The translations under genes and the position numbers were made by a program. 64,000 nt of DNA, taken from an uncultured Poribacteria bacterium. Its GTDB lineage: Bacteria > Poribacteria > WGA-4E > WGA-3G. The stretch spans positions 4,672,001-4,736,000 of the forward strand of contig CATQHZ020000001.1 in assembly GCA_958296135.2 (NCBI GenBank), in the 5' to 3' direction. The notes under the pieces were generated by a model. It made no database searches. It was not told the DNA's origin and saw nothing but the letters and a program-made list of their open reading frames with translations. Shown here piece by piece: positions 29,443 through 38,925 of this stretch; position 1 is the stretch's first letter, and each line of letters begins with the position of its first letter.

Positions 29443-29522
29443 TTTTTGTTGTTCCTAGCGGTGGTTTGGCAGCCACTTGGCAGCGGACGTTGTCTTGTCA
29501 GGCCGTCTTCACAGGAGTCAGT
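29443..29522 (-). repeat. Dispersed ~75-bp intergenic element (best copy), abuts iolE ATG
   Basis: GTGAAGACGGCCTGACAAGACAACGTCCGCTGCCAAGTGGCTGCCAAACCACCGCTAGGAACAACAAAAA-ATG; about 10 relatives in window. Confidence 0.75.
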
Positions 29523-29986
29523 CAAGCTGCCAGGCACGCCTATGGAAAACGGCGGGTGTCGCCCCGCGTCAGCACGGGCACGCCTACGGAAAACTGCATA
29601 CGGTAGGGAAACCGTCGAGCTGACAGTCACGCCTAGGACGAGCCCGAACTACAGAGGTGAATGGCGTAATAATTAGTTTACCTTAATCATCTAACGTCTG
29701 TCAAGAGAAAAAACAGAACCCCCGAACGATTCAGTTTTCAAATGTTCGCCATCGTGCGTAGGTGGAACTCGCCGGATCTTGCCCCAGTGAGAGGGCCAGT
29801 ACCCGATGAGCTCCGACAGTTCGGGCTCCCGATGTCACTAACATCGGAGGGTTGCAAGCCCGAACTACGCGGGAGGAGGAGAGCACGAAATGAAAAACTG
29901 AATGTCTCTGATAGGAACCGCGGAAAGAGAGGCACGGGCGGATACAGCACTCCGCCCTTACAAGAAGAAAAACAAGCACGCTGCCG

Positions 29987-31444
29987 CTACGCCCACCGCT
30001 CAACGACAACCTTTTTCTGCGTGAAGAAGTCAACAGCATCCCAGCTCTGTCCATGCAAATCGCCGAAGAAGCTGTCTTTCCAACCGCTAAAGGGGAAGAA
30101 TGCCATCGGCGCGGCGACACCGATGTTGATGCCGATGTTGCCAATCTGCGCTTCATAGCGGAACTTGCGGGCAGCGGCACCGCTGTTCGTAAAGAGGCAC
30201 GCCATGTTACCATACCGGCCGCTGTTGATGAGCGCGATGGCATCGTCAATGGTGTCAACGTGAATGAGCCCGAGCACCGGTCCGAAGATTTCGGTTTGGG
30301 CGAGTGTGCCGTGCGGATTGAGGCCGTTGAGCACCGTCGGCCGGATGAAGTTACCGTTTTCACCGCCAGAGATGCTCGGATGTCTGCCATCAACGAGGAT
30401 GTGCGCGCCTTCTTCCGCGCCGGTCTGGATGAGTCCCTCGATGCGGGTGCGGCTTTCCGGTGTGATGACGGGCCCCATCTCCACCCCTTCGTCCAGTCCA
30501 TTTCCGACGACGCGCGCGGTGGCGGTATCGGCGATAGCCTCGGTGAACCAGCTGCGTGCTTCGCCGACAGTGAACGCGAGGGAGGCCGCGAGGCAGCGTT
30601 GCCCCGCACAGCCAAAGGCACTCTCCGCGGTGGCAGTGGCAGTGAACTGCGGCTCGGCATCGGGGAGGACGATGAGCGGGTTTTTGGCACCGCCTTGGCA
30701 CTGGACACGTTTTCCGTTTGCGGCGGCTTTGGCGTAGATTGCCTTCGCCGTCGCGGTCGCGCCGACAAAACTGACAGCTCGGATATCGGGATGCGTTAAG
30801 ATAGCATCGACAGTCTCTCTACCGCCGTTGACGAGGCTCACAACGCCTTCGGGGAGTCCAGTCTGCGCAAGCAGCTGAAACACCTTTTGCATCGTGAGCG
30901 GCACCTTCTCGGAAGGTTTGACAATCATCGTGTTGCCGCAGGCGATAGCATAAGGGAGAAACCAGAAGGTTATCATCCCAGGAAAGTTGAAGGGCGCGAT
31001 GACAGCGCACACGCCGACAGGTTGCCGAATCATGAATTCGTCGATGCCGGTGGCGATATCCTCAAGATTCGTGCCTTGCATGAGGGTAGGAATGCCGCAG
31101 GCGACTTCAACGTTCTCGATAGCGCGCCGCATTTCACCTTTTGCCTCGTCAAGCGTCTTTCCGCACTCCAGCGTAATCGTCTTGGCGATGTCGTCCAAAT
31201 TCTCCTCAAGCAGATTTTTCAACTTGAAAAGGTATTGGATACGCTGGACAGGCGGCGTTCTGCGCCAGTCGTCCAACGCAGCAGTGGCGGCGGTGACAGC
31301 GTGATGCACCTCGTCTGTTGGCGAGAGTGGGACTTGGGTGAGCACTTCGCCGGTGGCGGGGTTCGTCACGTCAAGCAGTTCGGTGGCGGCGGAGAAATGC
31401 CACGTGTTGTTGATGTAGTTTGGCAGTGGGGTTTGGATAGCCAT
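29987..31444 (-). CDS. iolA: CoA-acylating methylmalonate/malonate-semialdehyde dehydrogenase
   Basis: PFNFP, KPSE, SFVG, GGAKN, AGQRCLA, EIFGP. Confidence 0.92.
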   Translation of the reverse strand: MAIQTPLPNYINNTWHFSAATELLDVTNPATGEVLTQVPLSPTDEVHHAVTAATAALDDWRRTPPVQRIQYLFKLKNLLEENLDDIAKTITLECGKTLDEAKGEMRRAIENVEVACGIPTLMQGTNLEDIATGIDEFMIRQPVGVCAVIAPFNFPGMITFWFLPYAIACGNTMIVKPSEKVPLTMQKVFQLLAQTGLPEGVVSLVNGGRETVDAILTHPDIRAVSFVGATATAKAIYAKAAANGKRVQCQGGAKNPLIVLPDAEPQFTATATAESAFGCAGQRCLAASLAFTVGEARSWFTEAIADTATARVVGNGLDEGVEMGPVITPESRTRIEGLIQTGAEEGAHILVDGRHPSISGGENGNFIRPTVLNGLNPHGTLAQTEIFGPVLGLIHVDTIDDAIALINSGRYGNMACLFTNSGAAARKFRYEAQIGNIGINIGVAAPMAFFPFSGWKDSFFGDLHGQSWDAVDFFTQKKVVVERWA

Positions 31445-31619
31445 GTCTGTTTCCTTGTCGTCAGAGCCCGGCGAGGGACAGATGACAGCGTTAAAGGTAG
31501 CGTGCTTTCGCAGGGCGACACACGCACGTTTGCTGTCGGCGTAACCGCAACGGCCCTCGCCTTACCGGCTCAGAAGTTTTTCCAGAAGATAACGTAGCGC
31601 GGGGCTTGCCCCCACGCGG

Positions 31620-33023
31620 TTAAGGGGCTTTCCGGAAGAGTTCTAGCACCTTGAGTTGTTCGATTGCGGCGACGATTTGCGGGTCAGACTCCAATTCGTC
31701 GCGAGGATTTTCGGTGATACGCGCGATAGCATATTTAATGCCGAGATCGCTGAGGACAATCTGCTCTTCGGTGAGTTCATCCGTCAAGCGTTGGTATTGC
31801 CGCAAGAGTTTGGCTGCCGGTCTGTCATCGCGCGGGGCGCGCTCGGCGGATGCAAGCTGCACAAGCACGTCGTCCCCGCTCTCCTCAATGAACGCGTTGA
31901 GTTTCTCGTGGGCGCGGAGCTTCAGTTGCATCAACTGCTCCGAACGGCTGAACCACGCGGATTTGACATCCGGCATGATGCCGATTTTGTCGATATCGGT
32001 GCCATTGGGCGTGAAGTATCGGGCGACAGTTAATTTAACGGCAGCTTTTGAATTGCTGAGGGGAAAGACGCGTTGCACGGAAGCCTTTCCAAAGGTTTTA
32101 GCACCCATGACAAGTCCGCGCCCGTGGTCCTTAATGGCCCCAGCGACGATTTCAGAGGCACTCGCGCTGCCACCGTTGACGAGGACAATGAGAGGAAACG
32201 CGTTGTCTCGCGAAGGACCTTTGGCAACAAAATCCTCGCGCGTGTCAATGCCTTTGCTGTAAACAACGAGCTGCCCCTGCTGGAGAAAATCGCTGGCGAC
32301 ATCCACGGCAGCACTGAGGAGCCCACCGGGGTTTAAGCGAAGATCGAGGATAACGCCGCGGACGTTGTGCTGCAGGAATTCCGCTAGCGCGTTATCAACA
32401 TCGTTCGCAGTCGTGCCAAGGAATTGGTTCAGTTTGATGTAGCCGATGTTATCCCCGATGATGTTTTTTTCAACACTCGGGATGCGGATGACTTCGCGAG
32501 TGATGGTGAGCTCAATCGGGCGGCTCTCCTCTGCGCGAATGACGGTAATGGAGACAGGAGTACCGGGCTCACCGCGCAACTGACTGACGGCATCGTCCAA
32601 GGACATCACGGCGGTGGGTTCTCCTTCAATGTGGCTGATAACATCCCCGCTTTGCATGCCGGCCAGGGATGCCGGGGAACCCTTGAACGGGGTGATGACG
32701 GTGAGGACATCTTCGCGGATGCCGATAGTCATGCCAAGCCCGGCGTAGTTTCCCTGATTATCCATACGGAATTTGCTGTAATCCGTAAAGAATTGGCTAT
32801 AGGGATCCAACGTGCGGAGCATCCCCTTAATCGCGCCATCCATGAGCGTCTTCGCCTCCGGCGTATCAAGATGCGCCTGCTGTGTATGCGCCAGAATTTG
32901 GGCGAAGAGCGCGAGGTTTTCTAGCAGTTCTTCGTCCGCAGTATCTTCGGCACTCCAACTGAATGGGAGAAACGCGGCGATGAAAACAATGGATAAGAGA
33001 ACGTGAAACGTGGTTTTGTTCAT
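31620..33023 (-). CDS. ctpA: Carboxyl-terminal processing protease (S41)
   Basis: LDPYS, PDZ, DLRLNPGG, SASASEI, TFGK. Confidence 0.92.
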   Translation of the reverse strand: MNKTTFHVLLSIVFIAAFLPFSWSAEDTADEELLENLALFAQILAHTQQAHLDTPEAKTLMDGAIKGMLRTLDPYSQFFTDYSKFRMDNQGNYAGLGMTIGIREDVLTVITPFKGSPASLAGMQSGDVISHIEGEPTAVMSLDDAVSQLRGEPGTPVSITVIRAEESRPIELTITREVIRIPSVEKNIIGDNIGYIKLNQFLGTTANDVDNALAEFLQHNVRGVILDLRLNPGGLLSAAVDVASDFLQQGQLVVYSKGIDTREDFVAKGPSRDNAFPLIVLVNGGSASASEIVAGAIKDHGRGLVMGAKTFGKASVQRVFPLSNSKAAVKLTVARYFTPNGTDIDKIGIMPDVKSAWFSRSEQLMQLKLRAHEKLNAFIEESGDDVLVQLASAERAPRDDRPAAKLLRQYQRLTDELTEEQIVLSDLGIKYAIARITENPRDELESDPQIVAAIEQLKVLELFRKAP

Positions 33024-33028
33024 TTTTT

Positions 33029-33514
33029 TTATTCCTTATAGAGAAGGTTTCGTAAGCGTTTGATAGCCGGAACGCGGGAAGCGATGAAGGCGGCACCTGC
33101 AATGTAAACCAGGTCGAACCATGTTATCCGGTCCCGCATCAATTCCCAAACGGAGTGTCCTTTGAAGACAGTTTTCGCGATGGGCGCGGCTTGCTCACGC
33201 GACAGATGCTGTTCTTGCATCAATTGCTCGGTTATTTGCGCGACAGCATTCCACTGCACATCAAGGTATTTCCCAATAAAAATACCGATAACAGCGAAAA
33301 GCACAGCGGCAGCACTGACGAGATGCCATGCAGTTTTTGCATCGAATGGCAGGCTGCGGCTACTCGTGAAAAGTATTCCGCCACCAACTAGCAAGCCGAT
33401 GACGACAGCAATGAATCCCGCTGTGTTACCAGTCCACTGGATGTATTTCGCCCAGAGGATGCCGCCGAGTATCGCACCGAGGAGTCCGCCGAGCGGGGCG
33501 GTGAGGGTGTTCAT
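33029..33514 (-). CDS. Hypothetical membrane protein
   Basis: Four hydrophobic segments, operonic position. Confidence 0.65.
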   Translation of the reverse strand: MNTLTAPLGGLLGAILGGILWAKYIQWTGNTAGFIAVVIGLLVGGGILFTSSRSLPFDAKTAWHLVSAAAVLFAVIGIFIGKYLDVQWNAVAQITEQLMQEQHLSREQAAPIAKTVFKGHSVWELMRDRITWFDLVYIAGAAFIASRVPAIKRLRNLLYKE

Positions 33515-33644
33515 GATGTTTCCTTCAAGACGATTTTTTCGTAGCGCGGGGGCCCGGCAGTCACTAACTGCCGAGGGTTGCAGTCACTAACTGCCGAGGG
33601 TTTCCCCCGCGAACTTCCAACACGGCGAAGGCCAAACCCACGCT

Positions 33645-35117
33645 CTACAGTTCAACACGCAGGTTTGGTTTCTGCCGATGGTGCTCCGTGTTTTGCTCAA
33701 ACGTGTATGCAACGCGGAGAAGTCTCTCTTCCGCGAAGGGGGCAGCAAGCAATTGTAGTCCGACCGGCAACCCCCTCTTGACGAAGCCGCACGGGATAGA
33801 AATGCCGGGTAACCCCGCGTGACTCGCCGGTGTCGTCATGACATCGGAGAGATACATCTGGAGCGGGTCGGCGGTGCGTTCGCCGATTTTGAACGCCGGG
33901 GTCGGCGAGGTAGGTGTCGCGATGACATCCACCTCTTGGAAAGCGGCATCGAAATCAGATTTTATCAAGGTTCGCGCCTTCTGCGCCTTCTTGTAGTAAG
34001 CATCTTGGTAACCCGCGCTGAGCGCGAAGGTGCCGAGCATAATGCGGCGTTTCACCTCTTGCCCGAATCCCTCACTGCGCGTCTTTTTATACATAGTGAG
34101 CAGATCTGACGGGTTTTCGGTGCGGTAGCCGTAGCGCACACCGTCGTATCGCGCCAGATTCGCGCTCGCCTCAGCCGGGGCGATGATGTAATACGTGGCG
34201 ATAGCGTATTCGGTGTGCGGGAGGGATATCTCCTCCACACTGGCACCGAGGCTTTCTAGCACAGCGATAGCGGCATGCACCGTGTCCGATACTTCTGCCT
34301 CCAATCCTTGCGCAAAATACTCCTTCGGCACACCAATCTTGAGCCCTTTCACGTCGTTGATGAGGCTTTTTGTGAAATCCGGCACCGGCACATCAACGGA
34401 GGTGGAATCCATCGCGTCGCGCCCACAGATAGCGTTGAGCAGCAGCGCGCAATCGGTGACATCTTTGGAAAAGGGACCGATCTGGTCCAACGACGATGCG
34501 AAGGCGATAAGCCCATAGCGGGAGACGCGCCCGTAGGTAGGCTTCATGCCGACAACACCGCACAAGGCAGCAGGCTGCCGAATGGAGCCGCCGGTATCGG
34601 AACCGAGCGAGCATACAGCGGCATCGGCGGCCACAACGGCGGCTGAACCACCGCTGGAACCGCCGGGGATAGTCTCCAAAGCCCACGGGTTGTGCGTCAC
34701 TTGATAGGCTGAGTTTTCGGTAGACGAGCCCATCGCGAATTCGTCCATGTTCGTTTTGCCGAGCATGACAATGCCTTGTTGGTGGAGTTTCTCCATCACA
34801 GTTGCATCGTAGGGCGGCACGAAATTGCTGAGAATTTTAGAGGCGCACGTCGTTCGCACGCCTTTGGTGCAGATTACGTCTTTTATAGCGATGGGGATGC
34901 CGGCTAAGGACGGCATCTCGTCGCCTTTTTGGAAGCCGGCATCGGCGGCACTCGCCTGTTGCAAGGCGCGCTCTCGCGTGAGCGTCAGGTAACCTTTGAC
35001 GTGCGGCTCAACCGCTGCAACGCGGCTGTAGACAGATTCGGTTAATTCTACCGCCGTGATGTCGCGCGCTTTGAGTTTCTCGTGGAGCGCGTGGGCAGTT
35101 AATTCGTAGTGTGGCAT
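33645..35117 (-). CDS. gatA: Asp/Glu-tRNA amidotransferase subunit A
   Basis: [32 protein letters not shown]. Confidence 0.97.
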   Translation of the reverse strand: MPHYELTAHALHEKLKARDITAVELTESVYSRVAAVEPHVKGYLTLTRERALQQASAADAGFQKGDEMPSLAGIPIAIKDVICTKGVRTTCASKILSNFVPPYDATVMEKLHQQGIVMLGKTNMDEFAMGSSTENSAYQVTHNPWALETIPGGSSGGSAAVVAADAAVCSLGSDTGGSIRQPAALCGVVGMKPTYGRVSRYGLIAFASSLDQIGPFSKDVTDCALLLNAICGRDAMDSTSVDVPVPDFTKSLINDVKGLKIGVPKEYFAQGLEAEVSDTVHAAIAVLESLGASVEEISLPHTEYAIATYYIIAPAEASANLARYDGVRYGYRTENPSDLLTMYKKTRSEGFGQEVKRRIMLGTFALSAGYQDAYYKKAQKARTLIKSDFDAAFQEVDVIATPTSPTPAFKIGERTADPLQMYLSDVMTTPASHAGLPGISIPCGFVKRGLPVGLQLLAAPFAEERLLRVAYTFEQNTEHHRQKPNLRVEL

Positions 35118-35169
35118 TTTTTGTAGTTCCGTTTCTTGGCGAGGGACAGACCCGGGCCCTACGGTTGCA

Positions 35170-35463
35170 TTAGTCAATGACTCTGGGAACGCCGAAGTAC
35201 CCTGCTTCTGCCTCCGGTGCGTTGGCGAGAACCTCTTCACGCGGATACGAGGCTTTGACGACATCCGGTTTGACCACGTTGTGGAGCGGATGGATGTGCG
35301 ATGTCGGCGGAACCGCCTCCGTATCCAATTCGTCTAACTTCCCGATGTAGTCCAAGATTCGGGCGAGTTGCTCGGTGAAGTGCTGCGTCTCTTCTTCGTT
35401 AAATTCAAGGCGTGCCAAGTTTGCGACATGTTGCACGCCTTCAGTAGTGATAGTCGTTGCCAT
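35170..35463 (-). CDS. gatC: Asp/Glu-tRNA amidotransferase subunit C
   Basis: [22 protein letters not shown]. Confidence 0.95.
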   Translation of the reverse strand: MATTITTEGVQHVANLARLEFNEEETQHFTEQLARILDYIGKLDELDTEAVPPTSHIHPLHNVVKPDVVKASYPREEVLANAPEAEAGYFGVPRVID

Positions 35464-35564
35464 TTTTTGGTTGTTCCTAGCGGTTGTTCAACTGCGACTT
35501 GGCAGCTGACGTTGTCTTGTCAGGCCGACTTGACGTTGTCAAGTCTTGCATGTCTGCTCTTTAG

Positions 35565-37736
35565 TTAAATGCGTATCAACGGCGCGGACGAGGCAGCGAA
35601 TTGCCGATAGCCGGCGCGGGTGAACCGAACCGTTATGAACGCATTCTCCCGCCGTCCACTGACTTTGGTGATTTTCCCACGCCCGAATTTCGGGTGATGG
35701 ACGACTTGGTTGACTTTGTAGTCGTGATGAACGTTTGTCACGTCGCCATACGGTGCCGCTGTTTCGCGAAACGGGGAACGATACCGGTCGACATGCTTAA
35801 TGAGATGCGCCGGAATCTCAGAGATGAAGCGAGAGTGGACGCGATACTCAGTATCTCCGTAAGTTCGGCGTTGGCGCGCATGGACGAGATAGAGCCGCTC
35901 CATCGCCCGTGTGATACCGACGTAACAGAGCCGGCGTTCCTCCTCCATCTCCGCCTCGCTGTTGAGAGAACGTTGGTGCGGCAGGAAGCCTTCTTCCATC
36001 CCGACGATGAAGACGAACGGGAATTCTAACCCTTTCGCGCTGTGCAGCGTCATGAGCGGCACCCTGGCCGTCTGCCCGGTCTCCATCGTATCGATATCGG
36101 CAGCGAGGGCGACATTCTCTAGGTAATCGGCGAGACTCGGTTCAGACTCGTAACTCTCATACTCGGCGATGGCGTTGATGAGCTCCTCAATGTTTTCGAC
36201 GCGGTTCTGCGCTTCAATGTTTCCAGCGCGTCCCTGCTCCTCAAAGGTTTTGAGGTAGCCGGTCTTGAGCAGGACATGATGAAGTGCTTCCGAGGGCAGT
36301 TCATCGGGGCCACCGGATTCCTCAAAGATTTGAGCGAAGCGGCGCACCTTTGTCTGGATACCACGGTTAATTTTCGTAATCTCCCCAACGCGTTGAATTG
36401 CCGCAAAGAGAGAAATGCCTTCATTACCGGCAAAATCGATAAGCCGTTGGAGCGTTGTTGCGCCGATGCCGCGAGCGGGGACGTTGATGATACGCCGCAG
36501 GCTCATGGAGTCGTTGCGATTGCACATCACGCGGAGGTAAGCGAGCAAATCTTTGATTTCCATTCTGTCGTAGAATCCCACGCCGCCGACAATCTGGTAG
36601 GGGATGTTGGCAGTGCGGAGTGCTTCCTCAAAAATTCGGGACTGCGCGTTGGTGCGGTAGAAGATAGCAAAGTCGGAATAGTCCACACCTTCGGCGTGCC
36701 ACTCCTCAATCTTGGTGCCGACATAACTCGCCTCGTCGTTTTCATCAATTGCCTCGTAGCAGATAACCGGTTCGCCGATGTCGTTTTTCGTCCACAACTT
36801 TTTTTCCCGACGGTGGATGTTGTTGTGGATGACTTCCCAAGCCGCGTCCAAGATGTTTTGGGTGGAGCGGTAGTTTTGCTCCAGCCGTAGCACGTGCGTG
36901 TGGGGGTAATCCTTCTCAAAATCGAGGATGTTTTTGATGTCCGCGCCACGGAAGGCGTATATGGCCTGGTCATCGTCACCCACGACGCAGATGTTCTGTC
37001 GGGTGCCGGCGAGCAGGCGCGTGAGCTCATATTGGCACGGGTTGGTATCCTGATACTCGTCAACGTGGAGGTATTCAAACTTGTCCTGATAGAACTGCAG
37101 CACTTCAGCGTTTGTGTTGAAGAGTTCAACGGTGAAATGCAGCAGATCATCGAAGTCCAGCGCGTTGTTTTGACGCAGCGCGTCCTGATACATCGGGTAG
37201 ACTTGGGCGACAACGTGCTCAAAATAGCCATCGGCAATCTGAGCGAACGTTTTGGGTGTCAGGAAATCGTTTTTGGCCCGGCTGATGTGGCTGAGAATCG
37301 CGCGCGGGTTGTATTGTTTATCGTTGAACCCGAGTTGCCGCAGGATGTCCCTGACGAGAGTGGCTTGCTCACCCGTGTCGAAGATAGTAAAGTGCCGGTC
37401 GAGTCCTGCGCCGATGTCGCCGAGTTTCTCGATGTCTCGGCGGAGAATGCGGGCACAAGTAGCATGGAACGTCGCCACCCACAGGTTTCGGCTGACACCC
37501 TCTTCCACGAGTTTGTCAAGCCGTTCCTTCATTTCGTTAGCCGCCTTGTTGGTAAAGGTGACAGCGAGGATGCGAAACGGGGAGACCCCTTGGAGCTTGA
37601 GCAAATAGGCGATGCGGTGCGTAATGACGCGCGTTTTGCCGCTCCCTGCCCCCGCAAGGATGAGAAGTGGGCCTTCGGTGTACTGGACGGCTTCGCGTTG
37701 CGCGTCGTTTAAAGATGCTAAGAGATTCTCTGTCAA
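35565..37736 (-). CDS. pcrA: ATP-dependent DNA helicase PcrA/UvrD
   Basis: AGAGSGKT, VDEYQD, LEQNYRS, TLHSAKGLEF, EEERRL; TTG start after GGGAGG. Confidence 0.95.
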   Translation of the reverse strand: MTENLLASLNDAQREAVQYTEGPLLILAGAGSGKTRVITHRIAYLLKLQGVSPFRILAVTFTNKAANEMKERLDKLVEEGVSRNLWVATFHATCARILRRDIEKLGDIGAGLDRHFTIFDTGEQATLVRDILRQLGFNDKQYNPRAILSHISRAKNDFLTPKTFAQIADGYFEHVVAQVYPMYQDALRQNNALDFDDLLHFTVELFNTNAEVLQFYQDKFEYLHVDEYQDTNPCQYELTRLLAGTRQNICVVGDDDQAIYAFRGADIKNILDFEKDYPHTHVLRLEQNYRSTQNILDAAWEVIHNNIHRREKKLWTKNDIGEPVICYEAIDENDEASYVGTKIEEWHAEGVDYSDFAIFYRTNAQSRIFEEALRTANIPYQIVGGVGFYDRMEIKDLLAYLRVMCNRNDSMSLRRIINVPARGIGATTLQRLIDFAGNEGISLFAAIQRVGEITKINRGIQTKVRRFAQIFEESGGPDELPSEALHHVLLKTGYLKTFEEQGRAGNIEAQNRVENIEELINAIAEYESYESEPSLADYLENVALAADIDTMETGQTARVPLMTLHSAKGLEFPFVFIVGMEEGFLPHQRSLNSEAEMEEERRLCYVGITRAMERLYLVHARQRRTYGDTEYRVHSRFISEIPAHLIKHVDRYRSPFRETAAPYGDVTNVHHDYKVNQVVHHPKFGRGKITKVSGRRENAFITVRFTRAGYRQFAASSAPLIRI

Positions 37737-37764
37737 AAGGGACCTCCCAAAATGTGATGGGCAT

Positions 37765-38025
37765 GGCGAGGGCCTGTCCCCCGCGTTCGCGCAACCAAGC
37801 ACGGCGAGGGACAGGCCCTCGCCCTACGGTAAAAAACGTCACTCTCACCCGCAGCGCGAGGGAAAACCTGTCCCTCGCGAACGTGAAGGAAAATAGAACG
37901 CCCCCTCGCCCGTAGCACGAAGGTCTGTCACAATCGGGGCATGGCGGGGGACAGGCCCCCGCCCTACGGTAAAAAACGCCACTCTCACCCGCAGCGCGGG
38001 GGCCTGTCCCCCGCGGCGGAAGCGG
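37765..38025. repeat. REP cluster, left block
   Basis: GGCGRGGGACAGGCCCYCGCCCTAC and GCGCGAGGG...TGTCCCTCGCG units. Confidence 0.85.
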
Positions 38026-38222
38026 CGCGGGATGCGTTTTTGAATCGTCTCTTTCTGCCGCTCCATATCCGAACTCATGCCCGTCATCACGACGAGCAGA
38101 TCGACATCGGAATCATTTGTCGGCGCGCCATACGCATAGGAGCCGAAGAGGATAACCTGTAGTGGTAAACATTCACGCACGATGTCATCGCATGTGGCTT
38201 GAATCTCTTTTGCGGAAATCAT
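38026..38222 (-). pseudogene. Minimal nucleotidyltransferase (MntA-type) remnant cut by REP cluster
   Basis: ILFGSYAYG...SDVDLLVV; frame runs into REP DNA after about 67 aa; no HEPN partner. Confidence 0.75.
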
Positions 38223-38477
38223 GAACGCGTGCCTCCTCGTCTACAGAACCATTTTGTTACCCTTCATCAGGTCCTAGCAATCACAGCCGCTGCGTCTATG
38301 CCCAACGGGTTTATCCGTTAAAAAGGATACTACAAAAATGCGAAAATGTCAACGCTTTTTTTGGGCATCCTCGGATGGCATGCAGGTGTGGAAACATCGC
38401 GCGAGGGATGATTAGGTATATGATACCACATTTCATCGGGTTTGTCAAAACGGCACACGGAGACGCTCCTTCATTAC

Positions 38478-38925
38478 CGTAGCGCGAGGGCCTGTCCCTC
38501 GCGGTCTCTGAAGATACCACTCTCACCCGTAGCGCGAGGGCCTGTCCCTCGCGAACGTGAGGGAAAATAGAACGCCCCCTCACCCGTAGCGCGAAGGTCT
38601 GTCACAATCGGGGCATGGCGGGGGACAGGCCCCCGCCCTACGGTAAAAAACGTCACTCTCACCCGCAGCGCGAGGGAAAACCTGTCCCTCGCGAACGTGA
38701 GGGAAAATAGAACGCCCCCTCACCCGTAGCGCGAAGGTCTGTCACAATCGGGGCATGGCGAGGGACAGGCCCTCGCCCTACGGTAAAAAACGCCACTCTC
38801 ACCCGCAGCGCGAAGGTCTGTCACAATCGGGGCATGGCGGGGGACAGGCCCCCGCCCTACGGTAAAAAACGTCACTTTCACCCGCAGCGCGAAGGAAAAC
38901 CTGTCCCTCGCGCCCCCTCGCGCCG
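38478..38925. repeat. REP cluster, right block (140-bp period)
   Basis: Same units as 37765-38025; copies start at 38617 and 38757, shortened copy at 38836. Confidence 0.85.

Noticed and set aside
29731-30768. 345-aa S/R/P-rich ORF
   Set aside because: Alternate frame of iolA in GC-rich DNA.
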